Source: Takakia lepidozioides (Eukaryota > Plantae > Bryophyta). From it: DNA of 64,000 bases. Under the pieces are notes generated by a model. It saw only the letters and a list, made by a program, of their open reading frames with translations, did not search any database and was not told the DNA's origin. The DNA is taken from the NCBI GenBank assembly GCA_030704615.1, contig CM060732.1, forward strand, positions 22,444,001 through 22,508,000. The letters run 5' to 3'. Shown piece after piece: positions 23,596 to 36,419 of this stretch. Made by a program: the position numbers and the translations under genes. Every line of letters starts with the position of its first letter. Within the stretch, counting starts at the first letter, position 1.

Positions 23596-25139
23596 CATTT
23601 AAAGTAGATGGGAATGAACCCTTGCATTGAATGTCGATCTATGTTTCAGGAATTCTCATTGTTGTACTATGTCCTGACCTTGGAAAAGTAGTTCCCAAAC
23701 AAGGCCTTGGTGATAGTCAGGACATTCATTTCAGGTCCCGTGTTCCAAAGACAAACGGCAAACTTCTTGACGACCCATTTCAGGAAGTCGTCAAGACCAT
23801 TTCGTGTGGCTAACTTGAATTTGTCTGCGGAGATACAAGGCTAGGTTGCGATAGGGGATCTCGACCTATCTTTTAGGTAAACCTCACAAAGGTAACCAAT
23901 GTCCATAACCAGGATAAGAATAAACTTAACATTCACAGGATAAATGGCTGTGATGTTGCACCTGTGGGAAAGGGTGGGCCTAAACTGAATGTGTACCCTG
24001 TTTTTGGAAAGGGGCAAAGGCACATCATGGAGGTTGTTCTTAGTAAGCACACGATAAAGCCTCATTCCTGCAAGTTGATGAAGACGAGGGTAGAACGTGA
24101 GGAGACGACGGTAGAAGAGACTACACGAGAACCTAAGCGCAGGAAGCACACATGAGTCTTCGGAAGGAGCCGAGAATGGACCCTGACAGTGACGATGACG
24201 ATTTCCAGTTGTTGGACGCACCTCCTGTGCTGCCACAGCAGAGAGGGAGGTCAAAAACAATTGTTGAGGTAATTTTCAAGACCATTATGTTTCTTTACAA
24301 GAAAATTACCTCAACAATAGTTTTTGAGGGAGATCAAAAACATATCCTGGCCGACATCCTTTCGGTCCCCAAGGAAGGCCCAGAAAAATCTTCTGGAATA
24401 ACAGCTTTAGAATGGTCGAAAGGAGGGACCAGGGTAGATCATATCATCATGTGTAATAACACAGCAGTTAATTCCTATCACAATTATACAAAGGACAATG
24501 AAGAGAATTGGCAAAAGAGCTGTTAAGGTTTTACCAGCTTCGGAGACGGCTGCTAGGTTCGTTGATTGGGCTGCTCGATCTCTTTTCCTTCTCTCCAGGA
24601 AACGATCTCCTTCGACTCTTTCTCTCCGGATGGCAACGTCGACTGTGCAATGGAGGTTAGGCTTGTAGAACCGGCTTAGGTGAGCTGACCATGATTGTCA
24701 AATCTACAGGTTGTCTCTTCACCATTTGAGTCTCGATGGAGTCAGTTCGTGTGTGTGTGATTTCCTCCGATTTGGATTCATGGATCTACAGAAAATTATT
24801 GAAACAGTTAGTGGATGACCAGAGTCGATTTAATTTATGATGTGACGAAATTCTGGATGGGAAAATGAGTACGTTTGATTTAAGAGAAAATAATGCAGGA
24901 AAAGGCAACACATTCGGATTCTTCCATTCACAATTTTGTATGAATAAAACATTCTTAATATATCAGTTGTTACCTACATCCAGAGTGACCTGTTAGGTGA
25001 CATTTTGGGAGTCATCCAGGGTCACTCTGTTGTCCCTCTCGCGCGTTTTGTTTGCGGGAGACGGGGACATTCGCAACGGCTCGTCACCTTCCATAGGTTT
25101 GAACACATCATCTAAATTTTCAACTCCATCCACGCCAAG

Positions 25140-27960
25140 GGCCATCGAGCTCCCCTCCTAGCCCCGTGATGGAGAAGGGTGATTACGATTCATTCTCTCA
25201 TCGGAACTCGAGGAGCTCTCCAAATGCCACCCAGGTGCACGACCTTCTGTCTTGCAATGCCTTCTTGGGGATTCTGAGTACTCTCATGTGTCTCCTCCAC
25301 CAAAAGGTCATATTCGTCTATTGCTCCTCTCCAAAACTGTGGCCCCTCTTCCTCGTCTTCATTTATGATGTCCATGTTCCGATCTCTAACCTGTTCTTTG
25401 TCTTTTTCCATTTCATCATCCTCTTCCTCATCTTGTTCCGAGTCTTCTTCATCTTCCCCTCCGGCAAGAGTATCATTATCAATTTGAAGCGTTTTAAAAT
25501 TCGCTTCAACCTTGTTTCTACAAAAGTTATTTTACGTTGACTGGTTGATGTCAAGCACTCGAATGTTTCTAGCCTGCATCGAAAATCAACCATGAAATCA
25601 GAAATAAACCGATGAAATTCAAGGTTCGACAAATGGAAAGGGATACGCGAATCTACTTACATGCATAACGTATGTCAACATTACGCCTCTGAAAATATTA
25701 ACACATGACATCCCGTCTCTACAAAAGAGGGAGACCAGGTAATCGTATGTGTCCCCCCGAAGCTCATGAATGTAGGTCATGCAGTCCTTCTCCTGCTCAG
25801 TCGGCTCTATGTCTGGCCCTTCAATTATCGGATTTATTGGGTCAATTAAGAGCACTGTCTGGATGTGATCGTCCGGATTCATCATCTCCTCATGTGTCGC
25901 TGGAAAAACGTAATCGAGGCAGAGGACCGTCTAAGAGAATGTCTTTGTGCAGTTCTTGTAAGGATTTTCAAATTCGCCCGGAATATAATATCCCTACCAT
26001 ACTTGTTCCACGGATTTATTTCCAAAGTTCAGATACATTTTTGATCCCAGACCGTTCCGGATGTATGCGACAAGATTGGCTGACAACGCTTGCGTGGAGA
26101 AAAACACAAAAGCACTGGAGATCTAAGCTTATGAGCCACATAAGCTTCCAAGATGTTGGAGTAGTCCTTGGCCTGGAAGACAACAGAGTCATCGTTGCAA
26201 ATAGTATTGACAAACACCATTGCTACGTTGTCAAACCATTTCTTTAGAGCAAGTCCCAACCGAGATCTGGCATCAACAAATTTTTCGCCTCCCCCTAGTT
26301 GTGCGTAATGAGACTTGAAGCTGGATCCAAGAATCGCCATGGCATTCTGATTATCCTCAAATGTTGTCTTGCATGATAAGACGTACTTTCTAAACGCAGT
26401 AGTGAGGGGCTTTGTCTCCATGTTCATCTTCTGCTTGCTTTGAATGTACTCTGTGCCAAGACGTTCTTGAAAAGTCTCAAACTCTGCTTTATTGAAGTTG
26501 TACTTTTTCTTCACTTCCAGCCACTCCCCCTTGGTGTATGGATCCGGGCATTGTTTGCTCCTCCGAGCCCACCCTAATACTTCCATTACGTCGTGATAAT
26601 AAACCTGCGCAATTCCATCTAGTCAATGTACATGTTCGTGCTGAGCTTGGATTTATCTTCCCCCTTATATGGACCCCGAACGCTCAAATCCCAGTTCAGG
26701 ATTTTCTCTGCTACTTTTTTCAACTGCTTGCTGTTCAATCCCTGCAGTTTCGCGATAGCGGATTTGTTAGTGGTCGTTGTTCACCCTTGTACTGTATCCC
26801 AAAGATGTCAATAAGCTTTCGCTATTCCCACTGTTTGAACACCTCTTCCCAGAGCTTCCAGACGTCTTCGTCACAGAGGACCATAACCATTGCCTCCTTA
26901 ATACTACTCATTTCCATAATGAGTTGACAAGCTTGCATAAACTCCTGCGAATACTTCCAGGGCCAAAGTTAGAAAGAGTTCGAGAATGATGGTATTAGTG
27001 ATGGAATACAAAGGACGCGAACGCAAAATGAATCCTTTACCTTCCATTGTTTCGTCTCCGACTTGGTTGTGTGATCGTTGAATTTCTTCGGCCTGTCCCA
27101 CAGCTCATAAAACATTCGCGCATGTGCAACTTTCTCAGGGAATGTTGTGTCAAACTTCTGTACCTTAATGGGGTCGCTGAGGAGCTTCGATATCTTCACG
27201 AGCCTCAAAAGATCCTTTGACCATATAATCTTCGAGGGCCACTCACAGTAGTATTTCTTGAGGTCATCGTTGTCCAGCTCTTCGACAAGTTCCTGGGACA
27301 GAATGGAAGACGGTCAGAAATCCGAGAGACCTAACAAGTGCAACGTACAAGGAATATCAACCTCCACTGTCCAGTGGAGGTTCATGTGATTTCAACATTG
27401 GTAGTTTCGGGAGAAGTTACCTTAGCAGCCATAATCGTGTGTTGTCCACCGATGACGAAAAAACTGGAAGTGTCAATTTCCTTCCAATGCCGCGGTTTCG
27501 ATGCACAAACCTCGTCATGATTTGATGGGTTGATCGGCACCAAATAAACATGATGCTTGCAGTCGAATACCGTGAGCTGGTATAGACGCGCTTTGACTTC
27601 GTCTTTATGCTTAATATTAAATGGCATGTACAGCATGTCCCTTGTCCAACAAGCTCCATCATGGAAACTTTGACGTCAAAGGTCATCTCAAAGCCAAAAA
27701 GAAACATGTCCTTATAATTTCTCTCCAGCCGAGTTCCTGCATCTTCTCACACTTGTCTTTGTCAAATATCTCGCCAGCCTTGGGTTTTCTGTTATCTGTC
27801 ATGAACGGGGGAACGATCTGCTCCTTTTGTTTCTTTCCCCCGGAAGTCTCGGCTTCATTCTCATCCGGAGAAGGGCCGTCAGAGGATTTTTGTTTTCTCT
27901 TCTTTGGCCTGGATCGTGATGCTTCCTCCTCCCGTGTCTTGGTATTCTCCTTCCCTTTTA
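25140..27960 (-). pseudogene. Multi-exon, frameshifted gene with a second, divergent ParB-like motif; probable transposon accessory gene
   Basis: ORF pieces 25190-27707; motif HVYLVP...FFVIGGQHTIMAAK; acidic C-terminal tail; its intron shares a palindrome with the Sola-like transposase locus. Confidence 0.45.
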
Positions 27961-28399
27961 AGTAAAAACACTATTTTAATTAATTATGGACTTTTGGCTT
28001 AAATCTGGACTAAATTTAATATATATTTGCATTAAAATTAATTGAAATATTAATAATATCATGGTGTAATGTGTGATTGAACTTTGTGAAATTACAGGTG
28101 ATGTCATACTTGTTTCAAAATGTGTCATATAACAGGTCCATTTGACATTGAAGTGCTCAATGTGAAGTAGCAGTATTGAACAATTCATTGAACGTCCACT
28201 TAATGGAAGTCGAATAAAGTAATATTCCATTGTAGGATCATGATAAACAAATGGGTCGCATCGAACATGGACCAGACTCCTACTCTACCATACTCGATAC
28301 AACTTGCTAGTAATTTTATTGATTGAATCTTCATATCAAGCACAATGTTCACATACCACGCCATTGGAATGAATCATGTTTTGGATGTGACAATGGCAG

Positions 28400-31250
28400 T
28401 AAAATATTAGAATAGCATGAAACATTCGGAAGAGGTACTAGGGTAGTACAATAAGGTTTGGGGTGTAACTAGAGAGAAGTATAATAAGGTTTGGGTTTAC
28501 AGTAAGGGTAAGGTTTAGGGTTTGGATTTAAGGTACAAAAGGACAAACAAATATGATGGACTCACACTCGGTAGAATTAAGGAATTTGATATCCCTGTAA
28601 TCATTCTAGCATACCTTATCCAACAAAAGAAAATATTAAAAGAGCATGAAACATTGAGAAGAGGTAACATGGTAGTACAATAAGGTTTGGAGTGTAACTA
28701 GGGTAGTACACTAAAGTTATTGGTTTATGGTAAGATTAATGGTTTAGGGGTGATGGTAAAGGTAGGGTTTTCAGTTTGGGTTTAAGGTACAAATGGACAA
28801 ACAACTATGGAAGACTCACAGTCGCTAGAACTTGGTGTGTGTTAGTAGAATATAAAATAAAATAAAAATGGAGAAACAAATATTATGGAAGAATCATTGG
28901 GCCGGAGAAATATTTAGATTGAGGATTTGTCCTTGGAACCTAGTATTAAGATATATATGGTTATGGTATGGATACTTCATTCCCATTTGCAGGGGAATGG
29001 TAAGGGTTTAGACGTAACAATGGCATAGGGTTTTGTTTAGGGTTCCCGACGAGGGTTTAGGGTTTGGGTTGAAGGCAGAAATGGTGAGCATACATGCCGG
29101 AAGACTCGCATTCACTACAACTTAGTGTTGTTAGTAAGGTAGTAAGCAAAATAAAAATGAAGAACCTAATATTATGGAAGTGTAGTCATTGCATCGGATA
29201 AGTGTTTAAATGAAAGACTCATCCTTGGAACCTGGAATCCAGATACATAGAAAGCAAAGTTCGATAAAAAATGTAAGTGCACGTCAATCCAAACCAAAGG
29301 AAAAACCTTGCACAAAGTGAACGGCGAAGAGATTTGAATAACCATAATAGTTATGGTTATGGTATGGATACTTCATTCCCATTTGCAGGGGAAGGGTAAG
29401 GGTTTAGACGTAACAATGGCATAGGGTTTTGTTTAGGGTTTTCGACAAGGGTGTAGGATTTGGGTTGAAGGCAGAAATGGTGAGCATACATGCCGGAAGA
29501 CTCGCATTCGCTACAACTTAGTGTTGTTAGTAAGGTAGTAAGCAAAATAAAAATGAAGAACCTAATATTATGGAAGTGTAGTCATTGCATCGGATAAGTG
29601 TTTAAATGAAAGAATTATCCTTGGAACCTGGTGTTAAGATACATAGAAAGCAAAGTTCGATAAAAAAATGTAAGTGCATGTCAATCCAAACCAAAGGAAA
29701 AACCTTGCGCAAAGTGAAGGGCGAAGAGATTTGAATAACCATAATAGTCATGGTTATGGTATGGATACTTCATTCCCATTTGCAGGGGAAGGGTAAGGGT
29801 TTAGACGTAACAATGGCGTAGGGTTTTGCTTAGGGTTTTCGACAAGGGTGTAGGATTTGGGTTGAAGGCAGAAATGGTGAGCATACATGCCGGAAGACTC
29901 GCATTCACTACAACTTAGTATTGTTAGTAAGGTAGTAAGCAAAATAAAAATGAAGAACCTAGTATTATGGAAGTGTAGTCATTGCATCGGATAAGTGTTT
30001 AAATGAAAGACTCATCCTTAGAACCTGGTGTTAAGATACATAGAAAGCAAAGTTCGATAAAAAAATGTAAGTGCATGTCAATCCAAACCAAAGGAAAAAC
30101 CTTGCGCAAAGTGAAGGGCGAAGAGATTTGAATAACCATAATAGTCATGGTTATGGTATGGATACTTCATTCCCATTTGCAGGGGAAGGGTAAGGGTTTA
30201 GACGTAACAATGGCGTAGGGTTTTGCTTAGGGTTTTCGACAAGGGTGTAGGATTTGGGTTGAAGGCAAAAATGGTGAGCATACATGCCGGAAGACTCGCA
30301 TTCGCTACAACTTAGTATTGTTAGTAAGGTAGTAAGCAAAATAAAAATGAAGAACCTAATATTATGGAAGTGTAGTCATTGCATCGGATAAGTGTTTAAA
30401 TGAAAGACTCATCCTTAGAACCTGGTGTTAAGATACATAGAAAGCAAAGTTCGATAAAAAATGTAAGTGCATGTCAATCCAAACCAAAGGAAAAACCTTG
30501 CGCAAAGTGAAGGGCGAAGAGATTTGAATAACCATAATAGTCATGGTTATGGTATGGATACTTCATTCCCATTTGCAGGGGAAGGGTAAGGGTTTAGACG
30601 TAACAATGGCGTAGGGTTTTGCTTAGGGTTTTTGACAAGGGTTTAGGATTTGGGTTGAAGGCAGAAATGGTGAGCATACATGCTGGAAGACTCGCACTCG
30701 CTACAACTTAGTGTGTGTTAGTAGGGTACAAAATGGAAATTTGGATACATTGAAGAGATTTGGATAACCAAAATGGTTATGGTTATGGTATGGATAGTTG
30801 ATTCCCATTTGCAAAGGGAAGGGAAAGGGTTCTGGGGTATTGGGTTAAGGGTAAATATTTAGGGTTTTATAGTAAGGGTTTAGGGTAGGGGTTTAGGATT
30901 TTTGTTTAAGTTACAAAATAGACAAACACTTATGGAAGACTCTAGTCGCTAGAACTTAGTGTTGTTAGTAGGGTACTAGTAAAAAATGAAGAACCTAATA
31001 TTATGGACAAGTATTTAAATGAAAGACTCGTCCTTGGAACCTGGTATTAAGATGTAACATAGAAAGCAAATTGTAACATGCCTAAATGCATGTCAATCCA
31101 AAACAAATGAAAAAGCTAGCGCAAATGTGAAGGGATAAGACATTTCAATAACCATAATTTATGGTTATGGCTATAGTTGTGGTATGAATAGTTCATGGGC
31201 CATTTGCAGAAAAGGGTAAGGGTTAGAGGTAATGCTAACATAAAAAGCAA
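28400..31250. repeat. 397-bp satellite (about 4-5 well-conserved units at 28960-30720, with degenerate flanks) rich in TTTAGGG-like words
   Basis: Near-identical spurious ORFs at 29357, 29754 and 30151 give period 397; GGTTTAGGG variants are frequent. Confidence 0.93.
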
Positions 31251-32039
31251 GGTACTATAAAAAAGGTATGTCAATCCTAAATCCTAAATTGCCAAAAAAA
31301 AAAGAGGAAAGTACACCCTATGAGATTTGGAAAGAAAATGGCATTATATAACGACTTTGGGAAGCGCCTAGATCTGGAGAAAATGGATCTGAAGAAAACA
31401 TGAGAGAGGATAAAAAGTCAGACCACCAAATAAAAACTAAGAGAAATGAAAATTGCTTAAAATTTGAACAACGGAAAAGGACGTGAAATTCCCTCTTAAA
31501 CCAGGGCCAAAGATGAGAAGTATGAAAATGAAATGAAATGAAAATTTGGTGCAGAAAAGTCGTAGAGCTTAGAGGGAAAAGGAGGAAAACCTCAGAGAAA
31601 AAACTTCAGGATTGGCAAGTTGAAAAGTGTGTCAACAACGATTGGGTAAGGCTCCTCCTAGTGGGAGACTTCAGTGGGAGAATTGGTTATGCGAAAAGCA
31701 AGTTCAATCTTTGAGAGAAGGACTGGAAATGGACTATTTTCTTTCCTTGTTAAAAACCTCTTTGATCGAATTTGAAGACTCCAGTGGTCGTGCCCGCCAT
31801 TTTTGTTCTTGTGATCTATATGTTATGTAGGCGAAACTCCCCCACAGGGTTTTCTTTGTTGACCAGAACGTACAGCAGGCCAGAATCCAGCACACCAGAA
31901 ACAAAGGACGAGAACGTCCACTGGACATTCGAGGTTCAGTGCGACATAAGAAGATAACAAAAATGATCCCCCAACGCAAACAAGAAGGGCAATAAAGAGA
32001 AGAAAAACTTTATTTCTTAAATCGAAGTACTGGAGTTGA

Positions 32040-35000
32040 CCTCAACAATATGTCATTGGTCTGGAACTCGCTCGCATGACTCGCTTTCTGACTGATGATT
32101 AGTCTCCTCCAATTTAGCGCGCGCCTTCATTGCTTCGGCGGCAGTAATTCTCTTAGTGCTATTCCTTGTCGTATTTTTTCGTGGAGGCATTGTCCACACA
32201 ACATTGTTCATGTGGATCTATTTAGGAGGATTTGACGAGTTATACTCCCAAAGTTTTGACCAACAGTCCCTATACCTTTCCAAGTCTGTTCGGTTACCAC
32301 CTTTTCTCGGTCTCCACCACTCCACGTTCACCTTCTTAAAATTAGGATCCTCCCCTTCGTGGATCACGTTAGATATTGCCCCCCTTATCCAGACTGGCCA
32401 CGTACTTGGGTCATGAGGGCGAACGAGCACAAAAAATCCTTTCTCAATATCCTTGAACGGATTCAAGGATATTCTTGGTCGCTCACACCTCGGGTCACAG
32501 TAAGGTTCTAGGATTTCATCCTCTTCTTCCACATCTGGCACTATATCTCCTTCAGGGAGCTTGGGAGTCCCTTCAGGATTGGACTTCCACATCTTCAGGC
32601 TATTGTTTGTTGGAAGCCAATCCGAATCAGTAGCGGACTTCTTGTACTTCATGACGGGCCAGCCCTCCGCATCCTTAAAAAAGCGGAAGACGTGCATCTG
32701 CAAAATCCCGACCAACGCCTCCTTTCCATCCAGAATACAGCCCTTTACAAAATTCTTGAAGTCGGGAACCTCCTGAATAATCTGTGGAATGAACTACAGA
32801 TCTTGCGAGGTCATAAATGACCTCATCAAATCCGAAAGAATGTAGGTGCTTCGTTCCTTTAGCTTCTTCAAAAGGTAGCTGAAGAACCCGTCGATGTCCT
32901 CATGGGTGTGTCCGACCATTAGAAACCCTAGCTGGATCTCTTCAAAAACATCTTTGGCAGTCAGGAGGGATAGAAAAGCAAGCATCCATTTGTTCTTATT
33001 GTCATTCGCGGAGTTGTCCATTTGCAAGTACAGTCTTCTCGGAAGTGGACGAACACCATGTTTGTCTTCCGGCCTGCAGGGTTTAAGAGCATCCAAACAT
33101 CTCGATTTACCTCTTAAAAGTGATTCGAAAAACTTGTTTTGAAGTCGGTAATCGAAAATGTTCCTGGACTCGCGACAGGTTGGCTTCTCCAGCTGGCGCA
33201 GGCAACGTGCCAAAGAACCAATTGTAAAGTTTGAATTTCCCTTCCACAACTCAAGATAATACTGACCGTAAGCTCCATCACCGTGTCCGTGCGTGACCAT
33301 TCCCGTTAATGAAACTGGAAGCTGACCAAATCCAGAAATCATCTTGTTTGGAGTCTGGAGCCTTGGAATAGCTATTTTCCTATGATCCATTTTGTCGTGA
33401 ATAATACAGAGAAACTCCTCCGGAATCATAACAGACTCATTCCTCCAGCTATGGTACAGTCTTCTGCATGACTCTTGGTGCCTCAAATGTTTATCAAGCG
33501 CTCGTTTGTGTGTCACATGTTCTGCACTTCTCTTGACAGACTTTTTGATCAGGTCCTTTAACATCTCACACTCCGTGCACTTCGCAAATGTGCTCCCAGT
33601 TTTATGAACCTCCACATTAGGAAATATCCGACTCCAGATGCGGCTAACAGCCGACTGCGAGACTCCTTCCAACCCGAAAAGTCTGTTCGTCTGTTACAAT
33701 AAGGAAGGGTCAAGAAATGAACATCCATTGGATAGTGGAGGTTCATGAAACTAGAACCATAGTCGAAAGAGACAAAATCGAAGGGTGGGTCATCCACATT
33801 AAATCAGAAAAAACTTCTAAGAATGAAATTGAAGAATGGAGATTTCATACCTTGTTGGATTCGTCTCGTATTCGCTTCCAGTTCATTTCAGGTGGTAAGA
33901 CTCTCAAAGTATCCCTCATTCCCTCCCCAATGCATCTTGTCTTATGGGGCATGAGGTCAGTATTTCCGTTGATAATGGACATAATGTTACCCTTTGCCTA
34001 AAGCGTCCGTGGGCGTGGCGGCCTCTTCACTCCACGGTTTCCATGGAGACTTGACAACCAACCCTGTTTACTCAACTTTTTTGTACTCCATGTATGTAGA
34101 CCTGCCAATTCCATGAATTGTCCACCAAGCAGTCTCACAAACATCTACACCCTCAATCGTAACGTATGCCCTGCGAGAGGTCCCTTCCAGCATGTGAAGT
34201 CGTTTTGAAACATTTAGTCCATGTTCTCTCCTCTCATCAAAAGTGGATCCCCAAAACGAAGTACGGATAGCCAAGGTTTTCACCAATCAAAATATTGACA
34301 GCAGTGAAGTCTACAGCAAGGTTTGCTGCTCACGGACCGGACTTCTTCCAGAGTAAGATTCTTCATTCTTTTTTTGGAGTGTTCCAAATCTCAATCCCTC
34401 TACTTCCTCGTAAAATGCCGATATGCCGCTTTCTTCACACCTGCCTCGTGATCTTCATACAAGATACTGTCAGAAGATCTAATAAAATTCTATCATTTGA
34501 GAGTAGTCTCCCACTTTCCAAAAGTCGTGTTTTTATTAAAGGCCATTTTACAAGAGACATCAAAGATCCAGATCCTCCAGAAAGTATTCTAGTGACAAGA
34601 ACTCCAACATCGTCCTCTCCCAGTTTGTCATTGAGGATCACCTCGTCCGGAATGCAGGCTTGAATCCTCCCCTCAAACAGTGCACCCCCATCATTACCCA
34701 ACAGTACGCACTGCAAGTTTCTCCAGTTGTTTCTTCCAAGTCCTCCGCTCGGATTCTCGGAACTCTTCGATGGTATGTGGTTTGATTCATCCTCGTCAAC
34801 GTCAGAATTTTTGGTAGTATACCTTCTCTCCGGCGTAAAATCAGGATTCATGTCATGCCCTCCTTGATACTCGTTATTCTCCGCATGAACTTCGCCAACA
34901 TTCCACACTACCGGGGTCCCAATGGCCTCCTTCAAGGTGTTAGCATCCATATGTCCATAAGGAAGAGGACATAATGAGTTTGCTTCATCACAGGAGATGA

Positions 35001-35202
35001 GAATCACTGAAATGGTTGAGGAAGATAATTGGTGTCCATGACAGGTCCCAACCCCAGAGACATTAAGGCAGCCCCCAGTTACTACTGGAGATGAAGACCC
35101 GGGAAGAGTAAGAAACACTATTTGACCAGTCTCTAAGCTCATGATCACCGGAACCTCCAATGCACATGCGAGGTTCAAGAAACTGAAAACCCCTCGTAAC
35201 AA
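32040..35202 (-). pseudogene. Sola-like DDD transposase with N-terminal Tnp1/En-Spm-like domain, introns and frameshifts
   Basis: FAKCTEC; IIHDKMD; LYLQMDNSANDNKNKW; FLMVGHTHEDIDGFFS; upstream GVDVCETAWWTIHGIGRSTY; N-terminal CHGHQL...LPYG..TLKEAIGTPVVW. Confidence 0.75.
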
Positions 35203-36419
35203 CCTTACTCACAGTAATAAGCAGTATGAGTTATTCAGAGATGAATCAATACAAAAAAAAGAAATACCCTCGCATTTGAACATTTCAGAGAAGTAGAATA
35301 GAAATGGAATTACTGTTTGGTCTGGAACATGTCACGGTGAAGATTGAGTCTAATTATATAACCTCCATTGTACAGTGGAGGTTGCATGAGATACAGATGA
35401 AAAAAGTCGGACGGATGAATACTAGTGGATGAATATGGTTACGTGGATGAATAATTGTAATGACGGATGAATGTGAGCATTGACGCGACTGTCCAGTGGA
35501 GGTCCACGACTTGATGGATGATGGAATACGGAAATTGGAGAGATGGACAAATATAGCGAAAGGAGAGTATTGGACTGTAATTTCTAAACGTGCAGATGAG
35601 AAATAAGTAGATTTTCCTGTAGACTATCGAAAACACACAGATGTCATAACATTGCCTACGGGAGAAAATGCAGGGATGCCTCGGCATGAGCCTGGTCACG
35701 TGAGCGCGTGAGCGCAACTGCGCTCACGCCACGTCACCTTGCGCAAATGCCACGTCACGGGGCTCACTCCACGTCATCACACGTGAAGGCCGCGTCACCA
35801 CACGCCCAGAAAGAAGTGGAGTGTATTCCCGCGGATTGGCACCCTTTACCGCGGAAACAAGCTGGACGACATAATAAAAGGCATTGAATAAAGGATGGAT
35901 GAATGTACAGTTGGATGATAAACAAATGGATGAGTGTGAAAAATGAATGTAGATGGATGAATGAGGGATGGATAAGAGTAAAATGGATGAATGTATAATG
36001 GATGTTGAGCAATGACAAAAAATCATGACAGGAAGATGCATGACCAAATCTTTTGACGAATGCACAACGTATATGAAATGAGTGTGGAAGGTTTGTGGGG
36101 TGGATTAAAGAGTATAGAGGATGAATGTACAATGGATGTTGTACAAAGGAAAAAATTCATGAATGGAGCACGCATGAATACAGTGTAGATGAATGCACAA
36201 TGGATATGAGAAGAGTCAGGGAGGTTTGTGAGATGGATTCATACATATTGCAATTTAAATGAAAGTTGATTCTGTGATTATTATTTGTTCTAAAGGAACA
36301 ACTACGGTGGAGGAAGGGGATTCAACGTTTTCCAGATAATATGAAAATGAATATTAAAAGAATACAGTTCAGTCTGACTCAGAGTCAGTACAATGTATCC
36401 CCGCTTCCTCTGCATCTAA

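Noticed and set aside
23600-24700. Short ORFs to the right of the MULE TIR
   Set aside because: No recognisable motif, so no call can be supported.
29357-30339. Three near-identical 62-aa ORFs
   Set aside because: They are by-products of the 397-bp satellite.
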